63,946 nucleotides of DNA from an uncultured Candidatus Saccharibacteria bacterium (GCA_964510435.1 CAZEBU010000003.1:1-63946), one strand, 5' to 3'; shown: positions 1 through 8,664, numbered from the stretch's first letter. The notes: generated by a model not told the origin, from the letters alone. Translations and numbers: made by a program.

Positions 1-549
1 CCTCGAGCAAAGGACAATTTGTCTGCTTGGATGGTAGCACGCAGCGATGGGGAAAATTACGGCAAGCTGCTAGTATATCGCTTTCCCAAAGATAAGTTGA
101 TCTTTGGACCTAAGCAAATAATCGGGCGTATCAACCAGGATGCAGAGATTAGTCGACAGATCTCGCTTTGGGATCAACGGGGGTCTCAAGTTATTCAAGG
201 ACCGCTTTTGGTTATTCCCATTGAAGAATCGCTGATTTATGTTCGTCCGTTATACTTAAAAGCTGAAACCGGGAAAATTCCAGAACTAAAACGTGTGATT
301 GTGGCCTATGAGAACAAGATTGCTATGGAAGAAACGCTGGAAGCAGGATTGTCTAGAATTTTTGGCCTTGCAACAGAAACACAGCAGACAAGAACCGCGG
401 AAACACCACCCTTACTAACACAAGAAACCCGGGAATTGCTGAAAAGAGCGCTTGAGGCTTATGATGCAGCCCTGCGTGCTCAAAGGGAGGGAAATTGGAC
501 CCGATATGGAGAAGAAATTAAGAAGTTGGGAGAAATTCTAAAGCAATAA
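1..549 (+). CDS. UPF0182 family membrane protein, C-terminal fragment (5' end lies outside the window)
   Basis: Frame is open from base 1 to the TAA at 547-549. The tail ([38 protein letters not shown]) resembles the conserved UPF0182 C-terminus as I recall it. Confidence 0.7.
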   Translation, partial: PRAKDNLSAWMVARSDGENYGKLLVYRFPKDKLIFGPKQIIGRINQDAEISRQISLWDQRGSQVIQGPLLVIPIEESLIYVRPLYLKAETGKIPELKRVIVAYENKIAMEETLEAGLSRIFGLATETQQTRTAETPPLLTQETRELLKRALEAYDAALRAQREGNWTRYGEEIKKLGEILKQ

Positions 550-589
550 AACCCCACGAAGGCGGGTTAAAAATGATAGGTGCATATAC

Positions 590-848
590 ATGATCTACTA
601 TATTTATATAGTTGAGTGTTCTGATAGCACATATTACTGTGGTTACACAAACAATTTAGACACAAGAATGAAGGAACACAATTATTTAAAGGACCGGTGC
701 AAAATATACAAAGTCCCGAAGACCTATCGAATTAGTATATTCAGAAAAACTACCATCGAAGACGCAGGCCATGAAACGTGAATTTGAAATAAAAAAACTT
801 ACTAGAAGAGAAAAAGAAGCACTTATTTTGTCTTTCAAAAGCTATTAA
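590..848 (+). pseudogene. GIY-YIG nuclease family gene, frameshifted paralog of 4970-5227
   Basis: The N-terminus MIYYIYIVECSDSTYYCGYTNNLDTRMKEHNY parallels the intact copy. The frame is then lost, and the conserved C-terminal MKREFEIKKLTRREKEALILS is readable only in another frame (771-848). Confidence 0.7.
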
Positions 849-931
849 TTATTGGCTGGCCATTAGATACCAAATTCGAACTATTTTTAAGAATTTTCCT
901 AATCATGAACAAAAAAACTGCATATGTTTTA

Positions 932-1501
932 CTAGGTAAGATATTCAAGACTTTGAATCATTCCTTGCGGTATTCCCCAACTATCTCTATAAGTATTATT
1001 TTCAATATTATGCCGTGAAGCAATCATAACTCTTACATCGTTGGTGCCTATAAGAAATCCTACAGTGGTACTTTTGATTATTCCAGGTTTTAGCTTTAGT
1101 ATTTCAATTGTAGCCTCTCTAAAGTTATGTGTAGCATCATGCCAGTTTATAGCTACAATCTCATTTTTACCTGCAGTAGGATTTCCATGTTTTAGTTCAG
1201 CCATACTCGCAATATTCTTATCTGCAATAACCCATGGATTTGTAAATGCATCATTATTTTGTGTTTTAGTTGTTGCGAATATAGTAACACCATCTAAAGA
1301 TGAGATCACGAATCCTATAGCTTCTATATTATAATCCTTCGTTCTTTCTTGAAACACATCCTCCTTCGTTTCTTCAGTAGCATTTGTCCAATAGTTAATA
1401 ATATTTACTTTTTCTGTAGTTACAGCACCAGTACCAAGTCTTACTGGTTTTGGTAAATGAGTTGGACCTCGTTTTAGTTTCAGTAGAAATATATTTTCCA
1501 T
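932..1501 (-). CDS. hypothetical protein (189 aa)
   Basis: Long ORF with no motif I can recognise. The antisense ORF 1041-1334 is its shadow. Confidence 0.5.
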   Translation of the reverse strand: MENIFLLKLKRGPTHLPKPVRLGTGAVTTEKVNIINYWTNATEETKEDVFQERTKDYNIEAIGFVISSLDGVTIFATTKTQNNDAFTNPWVIADKNIASMAELKHGNPTAGKNEIVAINWHDATHNFREATIEILKLKPGIIKSTTVGFLIGTNDVRVMIASRHNIENNTYRDSWGIPQGMIQSLEYLT

Positions 1502-1576
1502 AAAATTTTAAAGTTATAGATAAATCAAGGGGATTAGAGTAAGATTTTTTTTACACCAAAATCCCCTTTTGTGTGG

Positions 1577-1696
1577 CTACTTTTCCGAAGCGCTGTCGTC
1601 CTGATCATCGCCATCGGTGGCTGATGAATCGGTTTCAGCAGCCTCTGCTGCAGCTTCTTCAGCTGCTACTTCAGTAGCGGTTTTATCCGGGTCCAT
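1577..1696 (-). CDS. small highly acidic peptide (39 aa, MDPDKTATEVAAEEAAAEAAETDSSATDGDDQDDSASEK)
   Basis: ATG at 1694-1696 sits 9 nt downstream of GGAGG (complement of 1706-1710), with TAG at 1577-1579. It is locally GC-rich and lies upstream of, and co-oriented with, 932-1501. It is below the ORF-track length cutoff. Confidence 0.4.
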   Translation of the reverse strand: MDPDKTATEVAAEEAAAEAAETDSSATDGDDQDDSASEK

Positions 1697-1962
1697 TATT
1701 ACTTACCTCCTTTCCTTGGATTTGTTAATCGAAGTATACTTTAATTTCGATTTAGTTTCCAGGCATATTTACCTAGTTCCAATCATGGAATTTGTCACCA
1801 TACCACATATTGTGTTGATTCACATGACAAAAGTCTCATTAGTCGTATACTCCTTCATTGAATGTAATACTTTATTTTTTTAACCACTATTATGTAGTAT
1901 TTCTTCTGGGTATGACCGCTTACTAAGTGGTGGTGGGAATTGACCATCTGTCTTTAATGGCT

Positions 1963-1973
1963 GGGGGGGGGGG
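1963..1973. repeat. homopolymeric G11 tract
   Basis: ctGGGGGGGGGGGct was read directly. This is exceptional in an AT-rich context. Confidence 0.95.
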
Positions 1974-2210
1974 CTGGCAATTTGTCGCTTTGCTCCTATT
2001 GCATCCAAAACCACTAAACTCACTTTGTTCGTTAAGTGTATTGTAAGACTCATTCTCATCTCTGACCCAATCAAAGAATTGTCTACCTGTACTTTTCCGG
2101 CACAGCTGGTCAATTCTCTGGCTGGGCGTTAGGGAACAAGTTCGAACTCTCTGCCAGCCCCCAAGAATAAGTTGCAATAATATATACAGAAGTGTATATT
2201 ATATTTAAAC

Positions 2211-2750
2211 GTGGATAAGTACGAAACTTTACTAAAACAGGATAAAAAAACATTCCATGCTTCAGATTTAGCTCTGTTGTGGGGTATAGACAATCAAGGC
2301 ACATTAAACATGACGCTCAAGAGATTTGTGGATAGAGGTATATTAAAGCGAATTCACAAGGGTTTTTATGCTACAACGAATATAGGGGATTTAGACCCTC
2401 TGGATTTGGGTTTTTCCCACCTAAACACTTATAGTTATGTTTCTTTAGAAACTATTTTGGCAAGAGAGGGTGTTATATTCCAGGAAATTAAGTACGTTAC
2501 TTTTATAAGCTCTAAATCAACTATCTTTGAAATCGAAGGAACACAATACAAGTCTCGTCAATTAAAGGATGAGTTTTTAAATAATACTGCTGGTGTAAAT
2601 AAAGTAGATAACCATTTTGAAGCCATTGCAGAGAGGGCGGTTGCCGACATTCTTTATTACAGCCCAAAATATTACTTAGATAATTCCGCTGCGGTAGATT
2701 TTGATAAAGTAAAATATTTACAAAAGGAAATCGGCTATGTTAAGGGCTAA
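2211..2750 (+). CDS. AbiEi-family antitoxin (type IV TA system)
   Basis: GTG start. The N-terminal wHTH-like segment (FHASDLALLWG..NMTLKRFVDRGILKRIHKGFY) is typical of AbiEi_4 proteins. It overlaps the downstream toxin gene by 14 nt. Confidence 0.75.
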   Translation: MDKYETLLKQDKKTFHASDLALLWGIDNQGTLNMTLKRFVDRGILKRIHKGFYATTNIGDLDPLDLGFSHLNTYSYVSLETILAREGVIFQEIKYVTFISSKSTIFEIEGTQYKSRQLKDEFLNNTAGVNKVDNHFEAIAERAVADILYYSPKYYLDNSAAVDFDKVKYLQKEIGYVKG

Positions 2751-3459
2751 TAATAAGACGGCGTTGCATAAGTCAGTTATGTTTAGAGTTTTAATTAATA
2801 TCTTGGATGATTCATTACTTTCCCAAAATATGTATTTTAAAGGGGGCACGTGTGCGAGCATGCTAGGTTATTTGGATAGATTTAGTGTAGATCTCGATTT
2901 TGATATTAGTCGAAAAGATCTTCAAGTAGATCTCAAAAGAAAGTTGGAGGAGATATTTAAGAATATTGGTTTGACTGTAAATGATAGAAGTGAAAATACC
3001 GTTCAGTACTATCTAAAGTATGAGTCCCCGCCTAATTCTAGAAACACTTTAAAGATTGATGCGGTAGATACTCCTTATGAAAACAATAAATATGAAAAGG
3101 CCTTGCTGGACGAAATTAACCGTTACTCTATTTGTCAAACAAGAGAAACCTTATTTACAAATAAACTAGTAGCACTAGTTGACCGCTATGAACAAAGCGG
3201 ATCTATTGCAGGGAGAGATCTTTATGATATACATCATTTCTTGCAAAAAGGCTTTGATTTTAATGAGGAACTTATAGAGGAACGGAGAGGTACTAATGGA
3301 AAAGAGTATCTAGAATACCTAATTGAGTTTATTGAGGATAAGGCTACTCAAACAGTTATAAATCAGGATCTTAATTTTCTATTAGAGTATGAGAAGTTTA
3401 AAGCAATAAGGAAGACTTTAAAGACTGAAGCTATTGCGCTTTTGAAGTCTAGGATTTAG
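2737..3459 (+). CDS. AbiEii/AbiGii nucleotidyltransferase toxin
   Basis: Carries FKGGTCASMLGYLDRFSVDLDFD, the GS..DxD nucleotidyltransferase signature of the AbiEii family. It is coupled to the AbiEi gene. Confidence 0.8.
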   Translation: MLRANNKTALHKSVMFRVLINILDDSLLSQNMYFKGGTCASMLGYLDRFSVDLDFDISRKDLQVDLKRKLEEIFKNIGLTVNDRSENTVQYYLKYESPPNSRNTLKIDAVDTPYENNKYEKALLDEINRYSICQTRETLFTNKLVALVDRYEQSGSIAGRDLYDIHHFLQKGFDFNEELIEERRGTNGKEYLEYLIEFIEDKATQTVINQDLNFLLEYEKFKAIRKTLKTEAIALLKSRI

Positions 3460-3480
3460 TAGCGGTAGTGAAAATATTTT

Positions 3481-3531
3481 GGCTGAGCATACGGGTGTAG
3501 TACCATTTCATTCTCTGGGATGTAAATAAGG
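3481..3531 (+). repeat. 51-nt repeat, copy A (partner at 5233-5283)
   Basis: ggctgagcatacgggtgtagtaccatttcattctctgggatgtaaataagg. About 46 of 51 positions match copy B by eye. Confidence 0.85.
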
Positions 3532-3592
3532 AAACCTTGTTTTTTCGTTCCACTCAGAAGTGAGACAAGTGAGAAGTATGAAAAGCGTAGGT

Positions 3593-4780
3593 TTAAGCTA
3601 CAAATGAAAGTGCAATTCCTGTTTTGTTAACTCTACCTGTTCTACCAATTCTGTGGATATAAACCTCATAACTTTCAGGTAGGTCATAGTTAATAACGTG
3701 ACTGATATCATCAATATCTAATCCTCGTGAGGCTACGTCTGTAGCAATCAATATATTTACTCTACCTTGGCTAAATTTATCTAGTGACCGTTGTCTTTGG
3801 TTTTGAGACTTATTTCCGTGCAAAACAGCTGTCTGGAACCCAACCTTCGAAAGGTTGCGATGCAACACATCTGCACTTCTTTTTGTTCGCATAAATATAA
3901 GTGTCTTGGAAACTTCCTCTTTTTTCAAAAGTTCACGTAAAATACTAGATTTGTTTCTGCCTTTAAGTTCTATAATATCTTGTCGTACATTTGTTCTTGT
4001 CTCAGCTGTTTTAACTGAAATCATTACAGGGTTTGCAGTAAACTTTCTCATTACACTTTTCACTTTCTCATCCATAGTTGCTGCGAAAAAAAGTGATTGT
4101 CTATTTTGAGGAAATTTTGAAATAATTTTGTTCATGTCATGAACAAATCCCATATCAAGCATACGATCCACTTCATCCAAAACAATTGAATCAAATCTAC
4201 TAAAATCAATTTTTCTTCGCTCTACTAAGTCAAGTAGTCTTCCTGGGGTCCCTATCACAAAGTGAGGGTTTCTTTGAAGATTATTAATTTGACCACGAAT
4301 TGAGACTCCTCCAATACAGACTGTAGAGTGTATGCCCAATCCTCGTGAAAAACTTTTAAACTCTCTGTTAATTTGTACGGCCAGCTCACGAGTTGGTGTA
4401 ATTATCAGAACGCGAGAGTTTCTATTAAGACAAACTTTATTAATTAATGGAATCAAAAATGCGGCTGTTTTTCCGGTACCAGTGTTTGCAACACCTACAA
4501 CATCGCAACCTGATGTAATTTTAGGTATGGCCTGATCTTGAATTGGTGTAGGTCCAGCAAATCCACAAGACTCAATATTATTAGAAAGCTTATTATTAAG
4601 AGTAAAGTCTGAAAACTTATTTTTGACCTTATAAACCTCAGAAGACGTACTTTGCGAATTACCTATAACAGTCCTTGGGTCAAAGGTACGGGTTGTGTGT
4701 CTTCGTTGATTAGATTTAAATCTACGAGGACCATAGTATTTTTTTCGCGAAGAACGCGAATAGTTTTTCTGTTTGTACAT
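3593..4780 (-). CDS. DEAD-box ATP-dependent RNA helicase (RhlE/CshA-like)
   Basis: Q motif GFAGPTPIQ, motif I ANTGTGKTAAF, motif II DEVD (a DEAD variant), motif III AAT, motif VI HRIGRTGR, and a basic N-terminal extension. Confidence 0.9.
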   Translation of the reverse strand: MYKQKNYSRSSRKKYYGPRRFKSNQRRHTTRTFDPRTVIGNSQSTSSEVYKVKNKFSDFTLNNKLSNNIESCGFAGPTPIQDQAIPKITSGCDVVGVANTGTGKTAAFLIPLINKVCLNRNSRVLIITPTRELAVQINREFKSFSRGLGIHSTVCIGGVSIRGQINNLQRNPHFVIGTPGRLLDLVERRKIDFSRFDSIVLDEVDRMLDMGFVHDMNKIISKFPQNRQSLFFAATMDEKVKSVMRKFTANPVMISVKTAETRTNVRQDIIELKGRNKSSILRELLKKEEVSKTLIFMRTKRSADVLHRNLSKVGFQTAVLHGNKSQNQRQRSLDKFSQGRVNILIATDVASRGLDIDDISHVINYDLPESYEVYIHRIGRTGRVNKTGIALSFVA

Positions 4781-4969
4781 ATGAGTTTCAATCGAAACTG
4801 TTTATAGTAATGGAAAAAGTGTTTAAAGAAAGGATACGTTGCTAAGGGCCTTACTTACGAACTCAATTCTGATTAAAAAAACAGTCTACAGAACAGAAAG
4901 TAGTTTAACAGGTTATATGTGTATGTCAAGTTTAAAGGTTAAGTTTATGGACTGTGGTAACTTATTTAT

Positions 4970-5227
4970 ATGTCGTTTTATGTTTATATAGTCGAGTGCT
5001 CTGATGGTACATATTACTGTGGCTATACAAACAATTTAGACTCCAGAATGAAAGTACATAATTATTCAAAAACCGGAGCTAAATATACAAAGTCCCGTAG
5101 ACCCGTTAAGTTAGTGTACTCAGAAAAGATATCTTCGAAAATACATGCTATGAAACGTGAAATTCAAATTAAAAAACTTTCTAGAAGTAAAAAGGAAATG
5201 CTTATCTTGTCTAAGTTAAATTTGTGA
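4970..5227 (+). CDS. GIY-YIG nuclease family protein (UPF0213-like, 85 aa)
   Basis: FYVYIVECSDGTYYCGYTNNL..R..HN is a GIY..YxG motif with a conserved Arg/His-Asn. Confidence 0.8.
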   Translation: MSFYVYIVECSDGTYYCGYTNNLDSRMKVHNYSKTGAKYTKSRRPVKLVYSEKISSKIHAMKREIQIKKLSRSKKEMLILSKLNL

Positions 5228-5232
5228 TTGCT

Positions 5233-5283
5233 GGCTGAGCATACGGGTGTAGAACCATTTCATTCTATAGGATGTAGATGAGG
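5233..5283 (+). repeat. 51-nt repeat, copy B (partner at 3481-3531)
   Basis: Lies immediately downstream of the intact GIY-YIG gene. Confidence 0.85.
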
Positions 5284-5465
5284 CAGTATAAAAGAAGTAT
5301 ATATGTTCGAAAATATTTGTTTCATTGAGTTCCCCAGACCATCAATTACCATACCGTTTTCAACAAATCTATAAATTTAGATTTTTATGTATTTTAGTAG
5401 CATTAGTAGTGGGTTACTACAAATGTAATGGTGACTGGCCAGGCTCCCTACGATAGAATTAGTTT

Positions 5466-7373
5466 ATGCAGGTAACAAATATCTTGGCGAATAAAAAAAT
5501 ACGCCTTTTGATCATTGCACTTTTATTTATTGCTCCATTGGTAATACTTGCATTTGTGAATATCCACCTCCCACTTTGGTTCGAGTTACCTCTTTTTCTG
5601 TTTATTATTTTCTTTTTTGGAAAAGACGTTTTCTCTAACGGCATTAGGTCTTTAACACAACTTAATTTTTCAGATATTAACCTTTTGATGACAATTGCGG
5701 TTATTGGAGCATTATATTTGCAAGAATTTGAAGAAGCTGCAATTGTTGTAATCCTTTTTGCATTGGGCAATGCTTTAGAAGATTTTGGTATTGAAAGAAG
5801 TCAAACGGCTCTAAAGGAACTGGTTGAAAAATCTCCTAAAACAGCAACCATAAAAAATTCAGATAAGGAAACCCCTATTGATGAGATTTCGATTGGAAGT
5901 GTTCTAATCATAAAACCAGGAGATTATATTCCCCTAGATGGAAAAGTTGTCGAAGGAAGCTCCTTAGTTGATGAAACTTCTATAACTGGTGAACCTCTTC
6001 CTAAAAACAAGCAGATAAATGATCTTGTTTATGCTGGGACAATTAATGGTTCGGGGTACTTAGAAGTTGAAGTTACAAAAAAAGCCAAAGACACGTCACT
6101 CGCTAGGATAATTGAACTTACATATCAATCGGCAGCGCAGAAGCTACAATCACATAGATTCATAGAGCGGTTTGCTCGAGTTTACACTCCTGCAGTAGTA
6201 GTTATCGCTACATTGCTATTTATTGTCCCAGTCTTTTTATTTAATCAGCCGCTTGAGCAGTGGTTAACTTCATCGTTAACCTTGCTTTTAATTGCATGTC
6301 CGTGTGCGCTAGTAATATCTACTCCTATTACGGTATTTTCCGCAACAGGAAATGCAACCAAGCGAGGAATATTAATTAAAGGAGGAAAATATTTGGAAGA
6401 AATGGGAAAAATGAAAGTTATAGCCTTTGATAAAACTCGTACATTGACAAAAGGAGTACCTAAAGTAACAGATATTATTCCTTTTGAGGATGTGACAGTT
6501 GAGGAATTGCTGGCTTGCGCTGCAGGCATAGAGATACACTCAGAACACCCCTTGGCACAGAGCATAATAGAGCGAGCAGAGCAAGATAATATTGATCCAC
6601 ATACCTTTAAGGATTTTAGAGCTGTAACGGGGAAAGGGGTGATGGGAGAATGTCTTGTATGTACAGATAAAGAACACTGTCTTGGAAATTTAAAGTTTAT
6701 TTCAGAAAATAGTTCTGTAGAAGATAGGGTGATAGAAATTGTTGAACAGTTTGAACAACAAGGCAAAACCACTATAGTTATGAGTGACAACAACAAAGTA
6801 ACGGGTGTTATAGGAATATCTGACGAAATACGTGAGGAGAGTAAGGCTACAGTTAACATTTTAAACAAAATGGGGGTTTCTTCCGTTATGCTTACAGGGG
6901 ATAATTCCTTAACAGCTAAATACGTAGCGGATGCAATTGGTATTGAAAAGGTTTATGCCGAACTGTTACCTGACGAAAAAGTTTCTCATATAAATGATTT
7001 AGTTAAAGAATATATGCACGTTGGGATGGTAGGAGACGGTGTTAATGATGCCCCTTCACTAGCAACTGCTTCGGTAGGAATTGCTTTGGGTTCTGTTGGT
7101 TCTGATGTAGCTGTAGAGAATTCAGATATAGCCTTGATGAACAATAATCTTAGTCACATCCCCTTTTTAGTACAACTTGGTAAAGTTAGTGTTAGGACGA
7201 TACGTTTTAATATATTGCTTGCGATTGCTGTTAAATCTTTATTTCTAATTTTTGCTATTTTTGGGAGGGGTAATCTAACATTAGCTATAATCGCTGATGT
7301 TGGTGTTACCATATTTGTAGTTTTAAATAGTTTGCGTCTTTATGACTATAAAGGAGGTAGGTATGAGTATTAA
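5466..7373 (+). CDS. heavy-metal translocating P1B-type ATPase (Cd/Zn/Co-like), no N-terminal metal-binding domain
   Basis: TGEPLP, CPC (ACPCALVISTP), SEHPLA, GDGVNDAP and MLTGD are present. The phosphorylation motif reads DKTRT instead of DKTGT. Confidence 0.85.
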   Translation: MQVTNILANKKIRLLIIALLFIAPLVILAFVNIHLPLWFELPLFLFIIFFFGKDVFSNGIRSLTQLNFSDINLLMTIAVIGALYLQEFEEAAIVVILFALGNALEDFGIERSQTALKELVEKSPKTATIKNSDKETPIDEISIGSVLIIKPGDYIPLDGKVVEGSSLVDETSITGEPLPKNKQINDLVYAGTINGSGYLEVEVTKKAKDTSLARIIELTYQSAAQKLQSHRFIERFARVYTPAVVVIATLLFIVPVFLFNQPLEQWLTSSLTLLLIACPCALVISTPITVFSATGNATKRGILIKGGKYLEEMGKMKVIAFDKTRTLTKGVPKVTDIIPFEDVTVEELLACAAGIEIHSEHPLAQSIIERAEQDNIDPHTFKDFRAVTGKGVMGECLVCTDKEHCLGNLKFISENSSVEDRVIEIVEQFEQQGKTTIVMSDNNKVTGVIGISDEIREESKATVNILNKMGVSSVMLTGDNSLTAKYVADAIGIEKVYAELLPDEKVSHINDLVKEYMHVGMVGDGVNDAPSLATASVGIALGSVGSDVAVENSDIALMNNNLSHIPFLVQLGKVSVRTIRFNILLAIAVKSLFLIFAIFGRGNLTLAIIADVGVTIFVVLNSLRLYDYKGGRYEY

Positions 7374-7384
7374 CGAAACCAGGA

Positions 7385-7588
7385 ATGACTTCTAATCTTG
7401 GGTATTATCCTGTACCAAGTCTCTCCAGGATGGCTGGCGAAGTAGCCCTTAGGTGGAACACCATTTACCCCTCATTGTATAGAACATATAGAAGATTAAA
7501 AGAGCTTGGTTATCGTTATGAAAACGGTTCTATTGTTGTCCCCAAAGTGATAAATAAAAAACCCAGAAAGGAGGTGTATTATGACTAA
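7385..7588 (+). CDS. hypothetical small protein (67 aa) translationally coupled to the PLD nuclease gene
   Basis: Its stop overlaps the next start (ATGACTAA, 8-nt overlap). No recognisable motif. Confidence 0.4.
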   Translation: MTSNLGYYPVPSLSRMAGEVALRWNTIYPSLYRTYRRLKELGYRYENGSIVVPKVINKKPRKEVYYD

Positions 7589-8114
7589 TTTTGTTATGCC
7601 CAAAATTAATATATCTGCGATTGCAGGCCTTAGACAGCACTCGCCCGAATTAGTAGCATCAAAGCTTTACAACGAACATACGTTTTATAAGAAATTTTCC
7701 CAAGACTTGAAGAAAAGCAGACAGGAGGTAATTGTAGAAAGCCCTTATATTACTTCGACCAGGATGTATTCGCTAGCTCCCCTATTCCGATCATTGGTAG
7801 CACGAAAAGTAAAATGCTATGTAATAACTCGTGACCCCATTGATCATGATCTATCTATGAAGCAACAAGCCGAAAAAGAAATCCGAAAATTCCAAACAAT
7901 TGGAGTTCAGGTTATTTTGACCAATGAATATAGCCATCGAAAACTAGCAATTATTGATCGCAAGGTTTTATGGGAAGGCAGCCTAAATATTTTGTCACAA
8001 ACCAGTAGTCAGGAGTTTATGCGCCGGATTGAAAATGAGAAGCAAGCACAAGATTGCTTTAAGTTTGTGAAGTTTGGCAAGTTTATTTATGAAACGAGAA
8101 GGCCACGTTCTTAA
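7581..8114 (+). CDS. phospholipase D-family (Nuc/BfiI-like) nuclease, single HKD domain
   Basis: HRKLAIIDRKVLWEGSLN matches HxK(x4)D(x6)GSxN exactly. Size is about 177 aa, similar to Nuc. No obvious signal peptide. Confidence 0.75.
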   Translation: MTNFVMPKINISAIAGLRQHSPELVASKLYNEHTFYKKFSQDLKKSRQEVIVESPYITSTRMYSLAPLFRSLVARKVKCYVITRDPIDHDLSMKQQAEKEIRKFQTIGVQVILTNEYSHRKLAIIDRKVLWEGSLNILSQTSSQEFMRRIENEKQAQDCFKFVKFGKFIYETRRPRS

Positions 8115-8209
8115 ATACGTGGCTACGAGCTAAGTATTCTCGTAAGTAAAGAAGATGTCGCAGACAGATTCATTTACTAAAAGGGGGTGTTTAGATATAT
8201 AATACCCAT

Positions 8210-8419
8210 ATGACTGGATATCAGATAAATGAAAAAGATATTGATGGGATGCTTGATTTTCTCAAAGTAACCGATCCTGATAATGCTACGCTGGAAATGG
8301 CCATAGAGTTATTGGAATATCTCAAGGCACGCTTCCATACTATGGCTCATGAGAACCCAGAGGAATTAGAAAAACTCTACGAGGAGCTAAAGAAACAAAA
8401 AGAGTTGAAAAAGAATTAG
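8210..8419 (+). CDS. hypothetical small acidic helical protein (69 aa)
   Basis: ORF only. It overlaps the HTH gene 3' end convergently by 4 nt. Confidence 0.4.
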   Translation: MTGYQINEKDIDGMLDFLKVTDPDNATLEMAIELLEYLKARFHTMAHENPEELEKLYEELKKQKELKKN

Positions 8420-8637
8420 TAAGGTAAAATACTTGAGGATTTGACACCAAGGGCCCTAACTAGTTTGAGTAAGGTTATCACAGATAAACTAGCTTCCCCG
8501 CGCTCCACTTTGGCATAATAATTGCCATTAATACCTGCTTTTCTGGCAACCTGCTGTTGTGTCAGGTTTTGTTTGAGCCTAGCTGTTTTGAGTTTGTCGG
8601 CAATTGAATCTAGTGTTTTTTTATCCGTTTTCATCAT
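8416..8637 (-). CDS. XRE-family helix-turn-helix transcriptional regulator
   Basis: LTQQQVARKAGINGNYYAKVERGE is a Cro/CI-type HTH. The start was chosen at the MMKTDKK methionines. It is divergent from the recombinase operon. Confidence 0.7.
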   Translation of the reverse strand: MMKTDKKTLDSIADKLKTARLKQNLTQQQVARKAGINGNYYAKVERGEASLSVITLLKLVRALGVKSSSILPY

Positions 8638-8664
8638 ATGTTTGTAGTATAACACTCTGGATAT

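Larger units (their letters stand above)
864..3478. mobile_element. ~2.6 kb inserted segment (hypothetical genes, poly-G tract, AbiE pair) flanked by an imperfect 12-bp direct repeat
   Basis: TTGGCTGGCCAT at 852-863 and TTGGCTGAGCAT at 3479-3490 flank the segment. Homology to the GIY-YIG downstream region (5229-5283) breaks at 864 and resumes at 3479. Confidence 0.35.

Noticed and set aside
2128-2163. tRNA-Gln-like 3' fragment (GTTCGAAC…CCAGCCCCCA) that could mark an old att site.
   Set aside because: The similarity to the tRNA-Gln 3' end is patchy. The TTCGAA here is part of a 10-bp palindrome (AGTTCGAACT) with no T-stem, and its orientation is opposite to the intact tRNA. This is too weak to call.
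1617-2304. ORF-track entries 1617-1883 (+), 1880-2113 (-), 1923-2177 (-) and 2110-2304 (-).
   Set aside because: They are mutually overlapping with no motifs. The first is the antisense shadow of the acidic ORF. The others cross the poly-G tract in different frames and overlap the AbiEi start region.
6245-6868. Long antisense ORFs inside well-supported genes (for example 6245-6868, 3855-4109, 15101-15478, 22000-22326, 29709-30290, 50503-50856, 54580-54933).
   Set aside because: These are shadows of strongly supported coding regions on the opposite strand, with no independent motifs.
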